Assembly (NCBI GenBank): GCA_020891255.1 | Contig: BQFW01000002.1 | Location: forward strand, 186,001-250,000 | Direction of reading: 5' to 3' | DNA: 64,000 nt | From: Entomortierella parvispora E1425 | Taxonomy: Eukaryota > Fungi > Mortierellomycota | In this document: in pieces, positions 47,537 through 60,015 of the stretch | Position numbering within the stretch: the first letter of the stretch is position 1 | Layout of the letters: every line of letters begins with the position of its first letter | Notes under the pieces: model-generated | Told to the model about the DNA's origin: nothing | Seen by the model: only the letters and a program-made list of their open reading frames with translations | Database searches by the model: none | Position numbers and translations under genes: made by a program

Positions 47537-48372
47537 TCACATACTGGTCGTGGCCTGTGTGGCCAAGTTGAACAGCTGGCGACCATTCTGAGTCCCAACG
47601 GCGACGACATCGGCCGTGATCTAAAAGGGCGAGAAAAGAGTTATGGAAGACCATGGCAAACGTTGGGACGTGAGTTTTTCTGTGGCAGGTCCGCAATTGA
47701 TGATGGGAAGGGTGGAAAGAACAGCCTCCTCCTTTCTCTTCTCTTTCTCTTCTCTCCCTTGCTTGGTCACTTACACCGGGGAGACCCACGGATGGGACGG
47801 CAAAACACATCTTGAAGGATTTGCCCTGTCCGGCTTGAATTGGGCACCCACTTGCCACATCGCAGATTTGGAACGTTTTGTCATAGAATGTCAATACTAG
47901 TTTTTTTAAAAAAAAGAGCAAAGGTAAGAGAGGCTGTGAGAACAATGACAAACCCCTGACCCCGACACACTGTGGGATGGAGTGATAGATGACTTACACC
48001 CTGCTCCTCCAGTGGCTAATAGGTGAATCTGGGCACTGTGGTCAATTGTAGCTCTAATGTCTCCATGAATCGTCACACAGACGTCTCGACCTATTTTGAT
48101 GGCGGTAATAGACAGCGACTCGATCTTGACCCCCTGCGAGGTCGTAAAGATGATAAAATCCGGAGAGAAGTAGGAGTAGTCAGTGTTGGTATATCGTCAG
48201 TCAAGATAAAGGCAGCTTTTTTAAACTCGAAAAACTATGAAGCGGGCGAGTTTGTAGAGAAAGCAGAGAAGCAACTTGCATCGTTTTCGGATCCATTGTC
48301 AGTGTAATCGGTAGCTACTGCCCATTGAAGGAAAAGCGTGGATAAGACAAGGAGACTGGAGGTAATCTTCAT
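47537..48372 (-). CDS. Secreted ML-domain (MD-2/NPC2-like lipid-binding) protein, paralogue A, 144 aa
   Basis: Exons 48372-48280, 48133-47998, 47896-47775, 47620-47537; first intron is GC-AG (GCAAGT donor). Signal peptide MKITSSLLVLSTLFLQWAVA; QICDVASGCPIQAG. Colinear with the neighbouring paralogue. Confidence 0.75.
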
Positions 48373-49023
48373 GATTTTTTTTTCTGAAGAAGGACGAGGT
48401 TGGAGGACGAGGTTGGAAAGATGTGAGAAAACGTGAAGAAGGGAAAGGAACAGAAGGCACAGGAAGGAAACCAAAATAAATTGAGTGCGGAGAGACAGAC
48501 GATCTCCTGAGCAAGTCTCCAGGAAAAGAAAGCGGGTATGTGCTCGACCTCCTTTGCCCCGTTTGAATCAAGGGAGTCAAGGGGGCAGTTGGCAACGATG
48601 GTTTGATTTGGACCTTCCTCCTTTCAAGAAGAGCCTGAAGAATCACGATGTACTGCGTCAGTCTTAATCCCCCTCTGTCGAAACCAGCGCCATCGCTGGC
48701 ACCATTTGCCATGTGGTGAGTCCAGGATTATGAATTGGGAGGTGGAAAACTTTTTTGGTTTTATTCACAGGGCTAGATACAATAGATAACACTCTGACCA
48801 AACGCCCAGAAGGCGCCAGATCAAGAAGATAAAAGAAGAGAACAGAAGAGAGCGAGGATGGTTACCCCCCTCTCTCCATGAAAAAGTAGAGAGTTTTCTT
48901 TGAAAAGACGCATCAAGCGCTACTCCGAATTCCTCCCTCCTCTCCCTCGTCCTCTCCTCCCTCTTGGAATCAATCTTTTCTCAACTCGGAATCATAAAAA
49001 CAAGCGCAAAAGAGGCCCTTGTT

Positions 49024-49574
49024 TTAAGCAGAGGAGAAGGTCAAGGGTCCGGAGATGCAGAAAATGGGGGAGGAATCCGCGTTGGTGGCGGTAGCCTGGA
49101 GGTTGATGGAGATACCAGCGGGGACGCTGCTGGGGACCGTGATGCAGTCGGTCAAGGAGGTGGTGGTGACGGGGATGGGGCAGGGGTTGGCACCTCCGGC
49201 CAAGGCAGCGCAGAGATCACCGCTGTTGGAGTAAACGTTGATTCCAACTTTTGAAAAAGTGAAGATGGAGAAAAAAAATCACGCGTTTAGTTTCTGCAAA
49301 AAATAACCCCTCCAAAATTGAGAGACGCGACATGAAGAAAAAGTGGTTGCTTACAGAAGGTGGCCGTAACACTGATCGTAGCTCCGGTGGTGACGGGCTT
49401 GGACAAGGTTCCGCTGAGGGTGACGCAAATGTTCTGGTTGACCACGGGGGGGTTGGGAGTGTAGGAGACCGAGCCGAGGGTGAGGGAGTCGGAGGAAGTG
49501 CCGCAGGAGGAGAAGGCGGCGGAGGCAGAAGCAGCCATGGCGGCGACGGCAACGATAGCAGAGAAGAACTTCAT
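49024..49574 (-). CDS. Secreted ML-domain protein, paralogue B, 147 aa
   Basis: Exons 49574-49355 and 49247-49024. MKFFSAIVAVAAMAASASAAFSSCG..YTPNPPVVNQNICVTLSGTL..DLCAAL..CPIP..PIFCISG; six Cys. Confidence 0.88.
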
Positions 49575-52500
49575 GGTGGATCGAGTCTTGAGCTGGGAGG
49601 CTTGTGCGGTTGAGAGGAGAGTAGTGTTGAGGGGTAAGGAACAAGAAAAAAAAAGGCGAAAAGGCAGGGGAGATCGTCGCGTTTTATACCTCTTTTTTTT
49701 GCATCCATGAATGAGAATTGAGCGATCCCGCATGCAGATGCTGGCCAGACTGTGGGATGACATGAGCAATGTGTCGGCAAGGGTCCTGCTGCTCAATGCT
49801 CCTGAGGAGAGTGGGAAATTGAAAATTGCCTTTGGACCTGTGTTCCTTTCGGTAGCGCGAATGAGGGGGGATGTGTGAAGAGAAAAAAAAAGAGGTCCAA
49901 CCGCCGGATTGAATAGCGCGAGTTCCGGCAAGCATTCCAGCGGAGAGTGGATTGAATTGATGGCCAGAAAACAAACAAACGAACCCTCTCATCCCCTCAT
50001 TGCCTTCAGAAGGGAGAAAACACAATGAACCCATTCGCTTATTCAAGGCGGAGCTCTCTTTCTCAATTCTCTTGGAGGACACAAGAGGGCTTGTTTGGCA
50101 TTCCACACCGTTGTCCCTGTTCTAGTCTTATCAGGCTAGTCTCTATCCGACTTCAGTAGGCTCAACCCGAGTCGCAATGTCACAGGTGGCGGACTCTCTG
50201 TGAAATCCAGCGTGTGCAACCCATCGTAAACACAACTACAAGGCAAAAGTACGGTTTTCTGACCAGGAAATGGCCCTTTTCTTCACTACCAGCAACGAAG
50301 GTCCACAGTCTAGAATGATCGGCCGACAAACTTCTTACATGTGCCATGAACGTGCTATGAATGTACCATGTCATGTCTTTTTGATCGCTGCATAGAACAC
50401 ATGCCTCATTTCCCACTTTGTTCAGTCAAATACAAAGAACCGCGGACATCCTGCTCAGACAACAAATAACGCGTGTAACATCTTTGCTTGATTCTATTGA
50501 ACTTGCATGGTGTGGTTAAGACTAAGAGGAAAGGAGATCATGCGGCGCTTGCCCAGCCCTTATTTCTCCACATCATGTTATCTACACGGGCTGCATCAAC
50601 GACTTCAACGGCCCATTGTCGAATGCGGAGTCGACGTTGAATGCAAGGGGTATGAAAAAAACGAGTTTCCCTCTGTGGAGAGACAGAGGAAAGGAGAGAG
50701 GCAAGGGATATTTATTTTCTTGTGCGGTCCGAGCATCGGAATGCTGGACTACGATTTGTTTGACTGGTGGAGATGTTTGCGCAAAAGGGGCTACAATCCA
50801 AGGTTGGTTCTGCTAATGTAATGTACATTGGTAAGAGTCTTTCCGGGAAAGCTTTCTGAAGGACTTTCAGGCTATCCCGAAAAGGGCTATTTGCTCCATT
50901 AGAAGTACTTTGAGAAGGAAGCGTCCAGATTCTTCTCACAAAAAAAAAAGGCCGCGTGTTGCCTCAGTCTCTATGACCTTTTACTCATTCACCCCAGCGT
51001 GAACCTCATTCAAGTCGTTCAAAGAAGTCGTTCAAAGCAGTCCATCCATATAGCCAGTGAGGGAGAAATGAAAAGCTCGAGCAAGGATTTCATTCTTCTC
51101 AGGGTGTAGTCCTCCCCGCCCTCTACCACTCTAATACACGACACTCAATCAACCAACTCTCTTGCTCTGTCTGACAAAACCAGCGCACATCAACAAACCA
51201 TGCTTGGACACAGGGTCTTGTCGCCCCTTCTGCCTCTGCCTTTGTACTAGCACAGGTGTACACATCCAAAGGTTTTTCCCAGACGGGTTGATCTGCGATC
51301 AGGGTCCTCTTTGACAAAAAAGAAATTGCTCTCGTTGCTCCCACTCTCATCCCCTCCCTTTTTTCATTCACAGACAGATGTTTCCATGCCGGCGGATAAC
51401 CATTGCAGACGTGTTGCCCTCGCAGCTCTTTGATTGGCTCTACAGCACCCACGACGCGTCCGAAGGTCAATTATTGGACGCGAGCGAAAAAGGAATGGCG
51501 TCTCGAGGGACCTCTTGAGAAGGAGTCAGCAAAAAACGTTCTCAAGAGCGAATTGTCGGGTTTTGTGTCCCTCATGGTCCATGGAGTCTTTTTCTTGGTT
51601 ACAAATAGTTTGGCCGGAGACACGGATGTACCCTTTTGTGATTGTTGTTGTTGTTGCTGCCATCGTCGCATTGACAAAACTTCATCCAATTTCCCATCTG
51701 TCCTCTCCTTCCCTGGCTTGGGCCTATTGCAAAGACAACAAGAGAATGAACGGACATCAAAGAAACATGCAAGATAACAACGGAGGGCGGGTCCATGACC
51801 ACTAACGAGAGGGGCAAAGGAGCCAATGACGGGTTGGGCATTGTTGAATAATCACCTTCAACACAACCAAACAAAAAAAAAAACAATTTCCGAGTTAAGG
51901 CGCTCCACATTCTCATTTGCGCCACAGCCGGCCCTTCCGCATGCGGTGGTGCCCTGATTGCTGGCTAGCTCTTGAAGCTTTCCAGCCTTGTTTACATTTG
52001 TCGCTGACATGTGTCGGAGTCCAGCAGGGGGGAGGAGGGAGAGGAGGGAGAGGGCTACATGGGTGCATGGAGTATGAGAAGGAAAAAATATTGTTTCGAA
52101 CGGGAAAAGCTACTTTCGCCGTCGGCGTCATCCCTTGCCAAAGAGACAGAGAAAAAGAGCCTACACTTTGTCTGTCAGATGCCTCCGGCCAATCGACCTC
52201 TTTGCTTTGAACATACATCCTCGTTGTGGTTTCAAACAACCTTCACCTTCCGAATTGCCTGGGTTTTGTTGCACCCATGACTCTGAAGAACACATTTTGA
52301 ATGGCCACAAAGATGTTGAGTTCAATTAATTGCTTCTACATGTACATACTCTTCCGTCCCCCTTTCTCTCACTCTCGCACCAACGTTATTAACTTTGCCT
52401 ATTTTCTCTCCCCGCCCCACCCCCCTTCCCCTTGGATTCTGTAGTCTATAATACCATGCAGGCGTGGGAGCATGGAGCAAAAAGACGGCGCGATGATGCT

Positions 52501-53660
52501 AGCTGGCGTAATGTAAGTGAGGAAAACATGGCTACAAGGCTCAGTCAGAAAAGATGACCAGAGGAGGGGGGAAGCTTCAGGAGTGCGTGTGGAAAGAGGT
52601 TGGGTAAGTTCAAGAAGGGTCGATCCGAAGAAACAAAGGCGTATCTTTTTTTTTCGAACCCTGAGTGCTCTCCCTCAAGAAGTGAGCACTCACAAACGCG
52701 TCAGGGGAAACCTTGTCTTTGTTGGTGTTGACAGTTGTGGGTGAAATGGGCTGGCTAGCTTGCAAAACATTTAATGTGCGCTTTGTTCCAGTCTCCCACG
52801 GTCGACTCAAGCATGAGGTCTGCATGCATGTCAACAAAAAAAAAATATCGAACTGCGAGGGCTAAGTGTCCTTTCCTGCTCATCCAAAGAGCTCCTCTAC
52901 TTCTTTGAGCTACAGTAGTTGACATTTCTGGGAAAAAATACGACAGGTACCTTCTCCTCCATGATGCGAGTCTAGCCTCCGAAGAAGCCCAGGCACGGCG
53001 CTGGTCGACTTGGCACATGTCAGTGCCCAAAAAAAAAAAAAAAAATTTGAGTGCGACAAGGGAGACGGATGGAGCGGTAGCTGCGTTGCATGTTGTCGAC
53101 CAGTTTTCATCGCGCTTTGATCGTTCACCTTTTCATTGGACAGGCTACACTGGTTTTCTTGTGCAGTAGTGCAACCTGAGCCAATGGTCATGCCAGAGTG
53201 GCCTGATGTTGGCCAGACATTTGTTCCCGCTGTTCAACTCACATTCAGCTTCCTATCTGCATGTCCTTTTTTGCAAAAAACTTGCATTCGTAGTCGCCTC
53301 CCCCAAGACGCGACACATTTTGTATTTCCTTCTGTTGGATCAACTTTTTATCTTCATCACCATTCGCAAGAGCTCTGCATTCGCTTGATGTCTGCGGTCA
53401 GTCCAGAAAGGTCCATAGTCCACCCTTTAGAAAAATGTTGTTGTGGGTCGACCAAGGATGTATCTTGCAATTGAAAAGCACTTGAAGTGGCGACAAGAAT
53501 AGAATATTGGGAATTGAACGGACCCTGATGCAAAAGAGCCAGAGAATGGCAATTCTGGCTTCTATGCGTTGTTGTGGGCATTGTAGATACTAGGCCAAAG
53601 AGCCGAGTGAGGGTAGGTTGCAAAGAGAAGAACGCGCCCCGCTCGCTCGCGCGGATTGTC

Positions 53661-53678
53661 CACGTGATAGATCACGTG
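53661..53678. promoter_or_regulatory. Tandem E-boxes upstream of the mIF3 gene
   Basis: CACGTG at 53661-53666 and 53673-53678; CTCGCGCG at 53646-53653. Confidence 0.55.
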
Positions 53679-53731
53679 TCATAGTTATTTAAGGGTCTAT
53701 TACCCCTTTCCGTTCCCGATTCGTTCAATTA

Positions 53732-54832
53732 ATGGACATGGGACCTTCTTCACTTGCCTCAGTCTTGCATCAACTCTTCGCCATGATCCCTGTCTGCCGC
53801 CCCGGATCCGTCCTTCTGAAGACCTCTTACAACCAGGTCGTCCGTGCTTCCTACACAACTCGGTCCAATGGTGCTGCTTTCCTGAGTACTCTGGATTTCC
53901 TGGCCCCTGCACCTTCTCAACCAAGAGGCGTGCAGGGTACCCAGGTTGAAAAGTCTGCTGTCCGACCTTCGAATACAAACGCAAGCAGCAAGAGGGAATA
54001 TTTCAAGAACTCACCCTCTGCCCGCAATGGCGCCTCTAGCTCAACTGCCTCTATCCTCGAAGGCCTAGAGCTCCCTCTGTTTGGGACCAACGCAACGACA
54101 CAGGGCAACAATACCAGGAGATCTGGTACCAGTGGAGCCGACTTTCTCGACCGGGTCATGAACACCCCTTCTCTCCCCAACACCAAAAACGCCGCTCGTG
54201 GTATTAATCCAGGCCGTGGCAGCAGTAATACGAATAGCGGAGGCGCTCGCCCTCCCAGGAACGACTTGGGAAGCAAAAGCAGACCGGAACTGGACCGACC
54301 TCGTCGAGATGAAGAAATTGAATCTCAGTGGATCCAATACGTCACCGAGGACGGACAGATGGGAGGCCAAAAGACTCTTTCCTCAGTTCTCAGGACGTTT
54401 GACCGGTCCAAGTATTTTTTGATTGAGGTCGACTCGAGTGCGAACCCTCCTATTTGCAAATTGTTCTCCAAGAAGGAGATGTTTGACAAGGCAAAGGCAT
54501 TGAAGCAAGCCAAGAAGGCCAGCACGACGACGACCAAGGAGCTGCAGTTGAACTGGGGCACGGATACACATGACCTGAACCATAAGTTGACGAAATGTCG
54601 CGGCTTTTTGGAAAAGGGGTACCGGTTGGAGATTCAAGTCAATGGTCGAAAGGGCAAGTCCACTACGGCAGAAGAACGAGAGCAGGTGATGGCCAGGATC
54701 AAACAGGAATTCGAGCCGGTCTCGAAATATGTCAAGAACCCAGAATGGGTCAAGGCTACGACCGTGACCATGCTCCTTCAAGGTATTGCCCCCAAAGCAG
54801 ACAAGAACAGCAAGAAGGAGAAAGAGCCATGA
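53732..54832 (+). CDS. AIM23: Mitochondrial translation initiation factor IF-3 (Aim23/mIF3-like)
   Basis: RDEEIESQWIQYV, YFLIEVD..PPICKL and KELQLNW..HDLNHKL..FLEKGYRLEI match the IF3 N- and C-domains, after a long presequence-like N-terminus. The true start Met is uncertain. Confidence 0.85.
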   Translation: MDMGPSSLASVLHQLFAMIPVCRPGSVLLKTSYNQVVRASYTTRSNGAAFLSTLDFLAPAPSQPRGVQGTQVEKSAVRPSNTNASSKREYFKNSPSARNGASSSTASILEGLELPLFGTNATTQGNNTRRSGTSGADFLDRVMNTPSLPNTKNAARGINPGRGSSNTNSGGARPPRNDLGSKSRPELDRPRRDEEIESQWIQYVTEDGQMGGQKTLSSVLRTFDRSKYFLIEVDSSANPPICKLFSKKEMFDKAKALKQAKKASTTTTKELQLNWGTDTHDLNHKLTKCRGFLEKGYRLEIQVNGRKGKSTTAEEREQVMARIKQEFEPVSKYVKNPEWVKATTVTMLLQGIAPKADKNSKKEKEP

Positions 54833-54953
54833 GCTGTAGAGTCACGAGGTGATAGAGAAATAAAATACAAAGAAAAACTCTAGAAACAATGAAGGTTGCA
54901 CAGTCATCAGATCTTTTTTTTTTCTTCAAAAGGTTGTTGAATGGTTTTATTGT

Positions 54954-57288
54954 TTACATGAAGCCATAAAGACCGTTTGCATAGAGAGGGAATTCCTCGT
55001 ACTTGGTAGGCAGTGTACGAGGGTCCCTACTGTACCGAGTTGGTGGTTTGATTGGGAAGATCTCAGCACTATGAGGAGGCTCTGCTCGAACAATCCGGAT
55101 CTCTTCAGACCGCATCACGATGGGTCCGCGTCGAGTGGTGCTGCTTCTGAAGGTGTTCAAGTTGTTCCTGTACAGTTGGCTGTCTGAGATATTGTTGCTG
55201 TTTTCATCGTAATGGGAGACTCTGTTGACATTAAAGGCATTCGTGATCGTCGAGGGTTGAGTGGGCGGCATGCGTGGTGGACCAGGGTTGGCAAAGTCAA
55301 AGCTATCGGTGGATTGAACACGGAGTTCGTGGGTATCCATGATGTTTTGTTGGAGTTGCTGATCTTGATGTTCTGCTCGGATGCTGGTGACAAAGATGCC
55401 GCTGTTGGTATTGCTGTCCTGGTTACGCTTGTAAAATGAGGTCCTACCCGGTCGCGTAATGGCGAGGTTATCTCTGGGATACCGAGGACCGGCTGGCTTC
55501 ATTGGTTTCAGCTCTTCTAGGGCTTCTATGGTAGTCGCTTCTAGATGGATAGTAGGCTCTACTTGAGCCACAGCCACAGCCTCTGCATGGGTTTGAACGG
55601 GAGAGCCATACCACGAATGACGGTTCACCTGTTGACGGAGTCGAGACGATGCCAAGCTGACTGCCTGGAAGAGTCTTGCTCGGGCATTTAACAATGGAGA
55701 TGCCGGTACTGCGGGGGGAGTCGAGGGTTCTGGCACTATCGTGAGTTCGGACGAGACGTTGACTGAAGGTGCGAGGGAGACATCCTGCATTTCATGAGTG
55801 TTGTTCATGCTTTCCATGTAATCCGTTTGATCGTCTTCGTCTTCAAAATAATCGTCTCGCGCTCCATTGTCAGGGATGTGAACCATGGTCGGAGCAGTCT
55901 CCACGCCCCCGCCGGTAATTCCGACGCTGCCAAGAATACTGGTACCAAAGCCTGTCCTTCGTATTCTCTCATGTCGAATGCCTCCTGTAGCGGCTGCAAT
56001 CGATAGGTCATTCACAGCAGATACAGCAGCTGCAAGGGCTGGATTCCTTGAAATGGAATTTTCGCGGCTGGGCCAGTTACTATCCTTTTCCTGAGTTGTG
56101 TACGCATCCAGAATCCCAAATACACTGCTCTGATCACTTGCCGTTTGGATGCTGGTATGTCGGTCCACAATTGCTTGGGGGTGCTTTTCGAGGCTGATGC
56201 CAGCGCCTGTGCCAGCGCCAGCGCCAACACTATTAGGAAGGTAGATTCTATTCCAAGGCGCCGTCATTGTTGGAATCCTGGGACTCATTCGTTTTGGATC
56301 CATCAAAGCCGCCCACAGGGCGGATGCTGCCGCCGCCACACGGGAGGGGCCTTCGTTCCATGGAGGATCCCGGGGGCCCATCGACGGTGAGCCCTCTGTC
56401 GAAGATGCCGCAGAAGCTGCCGCTGCTGCCACTGCCGCCGCTGCTGCTTTTGCAGTGGCCGCCTTTTTCTGTCGCCTGATAATGACCAGACTCGATATGA
56501 GAACCAACGCGGCAGCACCTACAGTCGATCCGACAATGATGATCGTGTCTGATTTTCCTGGATGAGTATCTCCGGCATTGCCACCACTGACTGAATTGGA
56601 AGAGGTTGTCGGGGAAGAAGTTGTCGGCTGAGCACCACCATTACCTTTTCCTACATCTGTTACTGAACCACCCCCGGGCATATTTGTGGGTTGAGAGCCT
56701 GATGTTTGGGACGGTCCAGCAGTTGTCCCCCCAGGAGGAACCACAGGTGGCACAACACCCGAAGATTGAGCAGGTGCGGACGGTAGAGACGAAGCAACGG
56801 CGGATGGACACTCACTTGCCAAGGTGCACGTATAGCCGCTCATGACTACCTCGTCAAATTTCGCAGGTCCAGCCTCTGTTGCTAGCACCTGGGTGAAGTT
56901 GATTGTGATGCTTTGATCAGGTGTGTTGCAATTCACCCCGTAAAGTCCGAAGTATGAACAGCCCTTGGGGAGTACAGCGATGACAAACGTTTTCGGGAAA
57001 CTGATTGAGTTGTCGATTCCACCACTTATGGTGTACTGTGGGGCTGCTGAAAATAGTATGTTGTATTCAGCGGCATTGGACCCTGGTTTCGGAAGCGTAA
57101 TAGAGGAAAAAGAGTAGCAGCAGGCTGATGAAGTGAAGGTGCGACGAAGGGCGTTAGAGATGTTTAAGCTGCTGACTCGAAAAGAGGGGCGTGTGTTGAG
57201 GGTGATGCTTACAGTTGGACAGAGCCATTGTTTGGGAGAACAGGACTACACTAGCCATCACTAGGGCTAGGAACTCCGTCAACTTCAT
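54954..57288 (-). CDS. Type I single-pass membrane protein: signal peptide, 6-Cys ectodomain, Ser/Thr stalk, TM, long cytosolic tail
   Basis: Exons 57288-57213 and 57124-54954 (748 aa). MKLTEFLALVMASVVLFSQTMA; TM IIIVGSTVGAAALVLISSLVII followed by RRQKK. Confidence 0.8.
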
Positions 57289-60015
57289 CCTGATGTTATG
57301 AAAAAGAACCAAGCAAGGGAGTTTGAGGAGGGAGAGATGTCGACAACTATCGTTTCTTTTTTGTTCGTCGGTGGTGAGATGAAGGAGATGAGACAAAAGA
57401 AAAGAAGCCTGAGAAGAATCGATGGTTGTCCGAGGGAGGAGAGAGACGTGAAGAGAGGACGGATGAAGAAGGAAAGATGTGAGAGAGGAGGGTATGTGAA
57501 GGAAGGAGGAAGAGAGGTACAAAGCCAAAAGGCCCGCCAACTGAGGGTATCCAGTTTGGAGTGCCGGAACAGGGCAGGGATGGGCAGGGTCAGGTCGGGA
57601 CCGGTTGAAGAAGGAAGAGGATCAATTAACGGCAGTTGAAGTGACAGGGAGAAAAAGAAAGAAGGAAGAGAAGAGGGTCTGCAAGGGTCAGTTGCAGTTC
57701 ATTGACTTCACTGGCAAGTCAGTCAGGGTCAGGCGGGTTCCGCGTCGATTCTCTCCCTTCCGAGGGGCCACACATCAGGCCCACGTACGACCATAGGACG
57801 CGTCTCTGCAGGATTCAAGATGTCATCTCCATATTCTTCATGGTCTCGAGTTGAAATCTCGATTCCTTTCCTTCACTTTCCTTCCATCGATGGATGTTGC
57901 ATCAGTAGAGAATCATTCTTTCTGCGGATGGGGATGGGAGAAAGGAAGTCAGCCAGAGAGATGGCCCAGGGTGCTCTTTCAGATGTGTGAACGGTTGCGC
58001 CTTCTTACCACATTGCATCGAGATAGGTGGACGAAGCGAGCCCAAATAAAAGCACGGCCCTCAGCATCTTGTGCCTGACAGAGCCACAGCTCCTTCTCTC
58101 GCGGATAAATATTGAAGTGAGCAGCACAACTTTGGCGAATCACCTCGTTTCTTACCCAGATTGCCAACCATTTCTTTTCTCTTTCCCCTCTCAAGATTCT
58201 TTACCTTGAATTTACTTCTTGACATCTCGTTGTCCCTGTTCTGCCAGCCCGGCTACTTTTGGGATTGCGATGGGCGAGTTCATGAAAGTCTCTGGCCCTG
58301 CAACCCACTCACCAACAAAGACCCAGCGTTTTCCGCTTCGACCGTTCTGTCCCCCCCCCCCCCCCCTGACGCTCTCAGCGGACGAGCGCGTCCCAATCGC
58401 GGCAGCGCCGTGTGTACGAACCAGCCATCCACACCATCAACAAAAGCATATCTGTTTCAGGTCCGCTTTTTTTTTTTTTTTTTTTTTTTTTGGCAATAAT
58501 TTTCGCTCCCGCACTTTCTGCATATCTCGCTGTCTCTTCCTCGCGCTGTCTTCAAGTGCAGTCTGCGGGATCTACGTCGGTTTAGGTAAGAAAGGGGTGG
58601 AGGAGGGTGCCTCCTCTGTCTCTCGCTCTCTATTCGCGAGGGATGGATAACGGAGTAGTTGGAAAAAAACCCAATCCGATGGGCCTCACAATCAATGTGA
58701 GCCCTCCGATCCCTGAAGGTGTCTGCACGAAGTGCCACCAATTCTAAAGGGAGACAAAGACCGGCCACTCCTTGCCAAGATGCAGCCATTTTTTCAGTGC
58801 AGTAGGAGGCCCCTGATGAAATGACGCACAGTTCCCAGCGATAGTTTGCTTGGGCAGCAACCGTTCTTGGCTGGGCGAGCGAGCCGATGATGGTTCTCAA
58901 TTCTTTTTAGCGCGTTGGCAGTGGTCTAGTGTTCTCTCTCTTGGTTCAATTGAGAGCTCCCTGCTGCCAAGTAGACCACACGTAGAGAACTTTTGCATCA
59001 ATGGACAGCAGCACCTGGCATCTTTTCAGAGTGCACCCAAGAGAGAAATAGACAAAGGATTCCATGGACAACAGGCGATGCTCCAGTCTGCGGACAATAA
59101 ACTGTTCTTTCATGCACATGCGACAAAACGACAGTACTGTACACAATAGGGTACGGTACCACTCGAGGGCTAGTTGTGTATCGATACACCTTCCCAACTT
59201 GGGTACTGACAAGAGGACAGAGCCCTCTGTTCATTGTGAGAGGAATGCCTCCAATCTTTCTGTTCCCTCTCTTTTTTTCACAAATTCCAGCACATGCATG
59301 ACAATTGAGAGTAACGTATACACCAGGCCTGGTACAACAGAGACAGGGGGGTTTGCCGTGGACAATGGCCAGTGGTTGTAGGGCCAGCCTGTGGTTGTTT
59401 TTGTTGTTTTGCAATTTAAAGCAAGAGACAAAGGTGACGCTAGTGAGCAGCCCGCACAAACACAAGAGCGATGGGCAAACACTTGTTGGTAAAAATATTC
59501 TTGTTCTTTGCGAGAGCCCTGCATCGATGGATGGTGGACATGCGACTGTGTGCTCCTCTCCCCCCCACTGTCCAATGTCCAATGTCCCCTGGTCGTGCAG
59601 CAGCATCCAATTGCAGGCCAGTCGAAACGGCCAGCAGGGGAGAGACAAACAGACAGGGACGAAAGAGAAACCGTTGGAAAGCGGCCATTGTAATGGAAAT
59701 GAACACAAAAATACCAACCATGGGCCGCCTGCAGGACAGGTCGAACGATGACTGAATGCACATGGCCCGTCGACATTCTCTTCTTCTTTTTCCTTCTTTC
59801 CTCTTGTCCTGTGTCCACTCTTCACGACCCCCTCCACGGCCTGCCTTGCCACTGTCCTTTCCTTTGTCCTTCCTCGTATCTCCCCTCCTCCCCTCCCTAG
59901 TGCCCCTCTCTCTGTGCTTCTGCCATTGCTTGCTCAAATAGCCCAGCCGATCAATCCCCCAGAGAGCCATTCATCACCTCTTCCTTCCCTCCTCCTCCAT
60001 TCAACTCGATTCATC

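Noticed and set aside
53136-53623. Short minus-strand ORFs divergent from mIF3
   Set aside because: No recognisable family, and I could not build a consistent spliced model.
49600-53640. Transposon or hidden gene in the ~4-kb gap
   Set aside because: No transposase, RT or integrase motifs, terminal repeats or credible exon chains found by eye.
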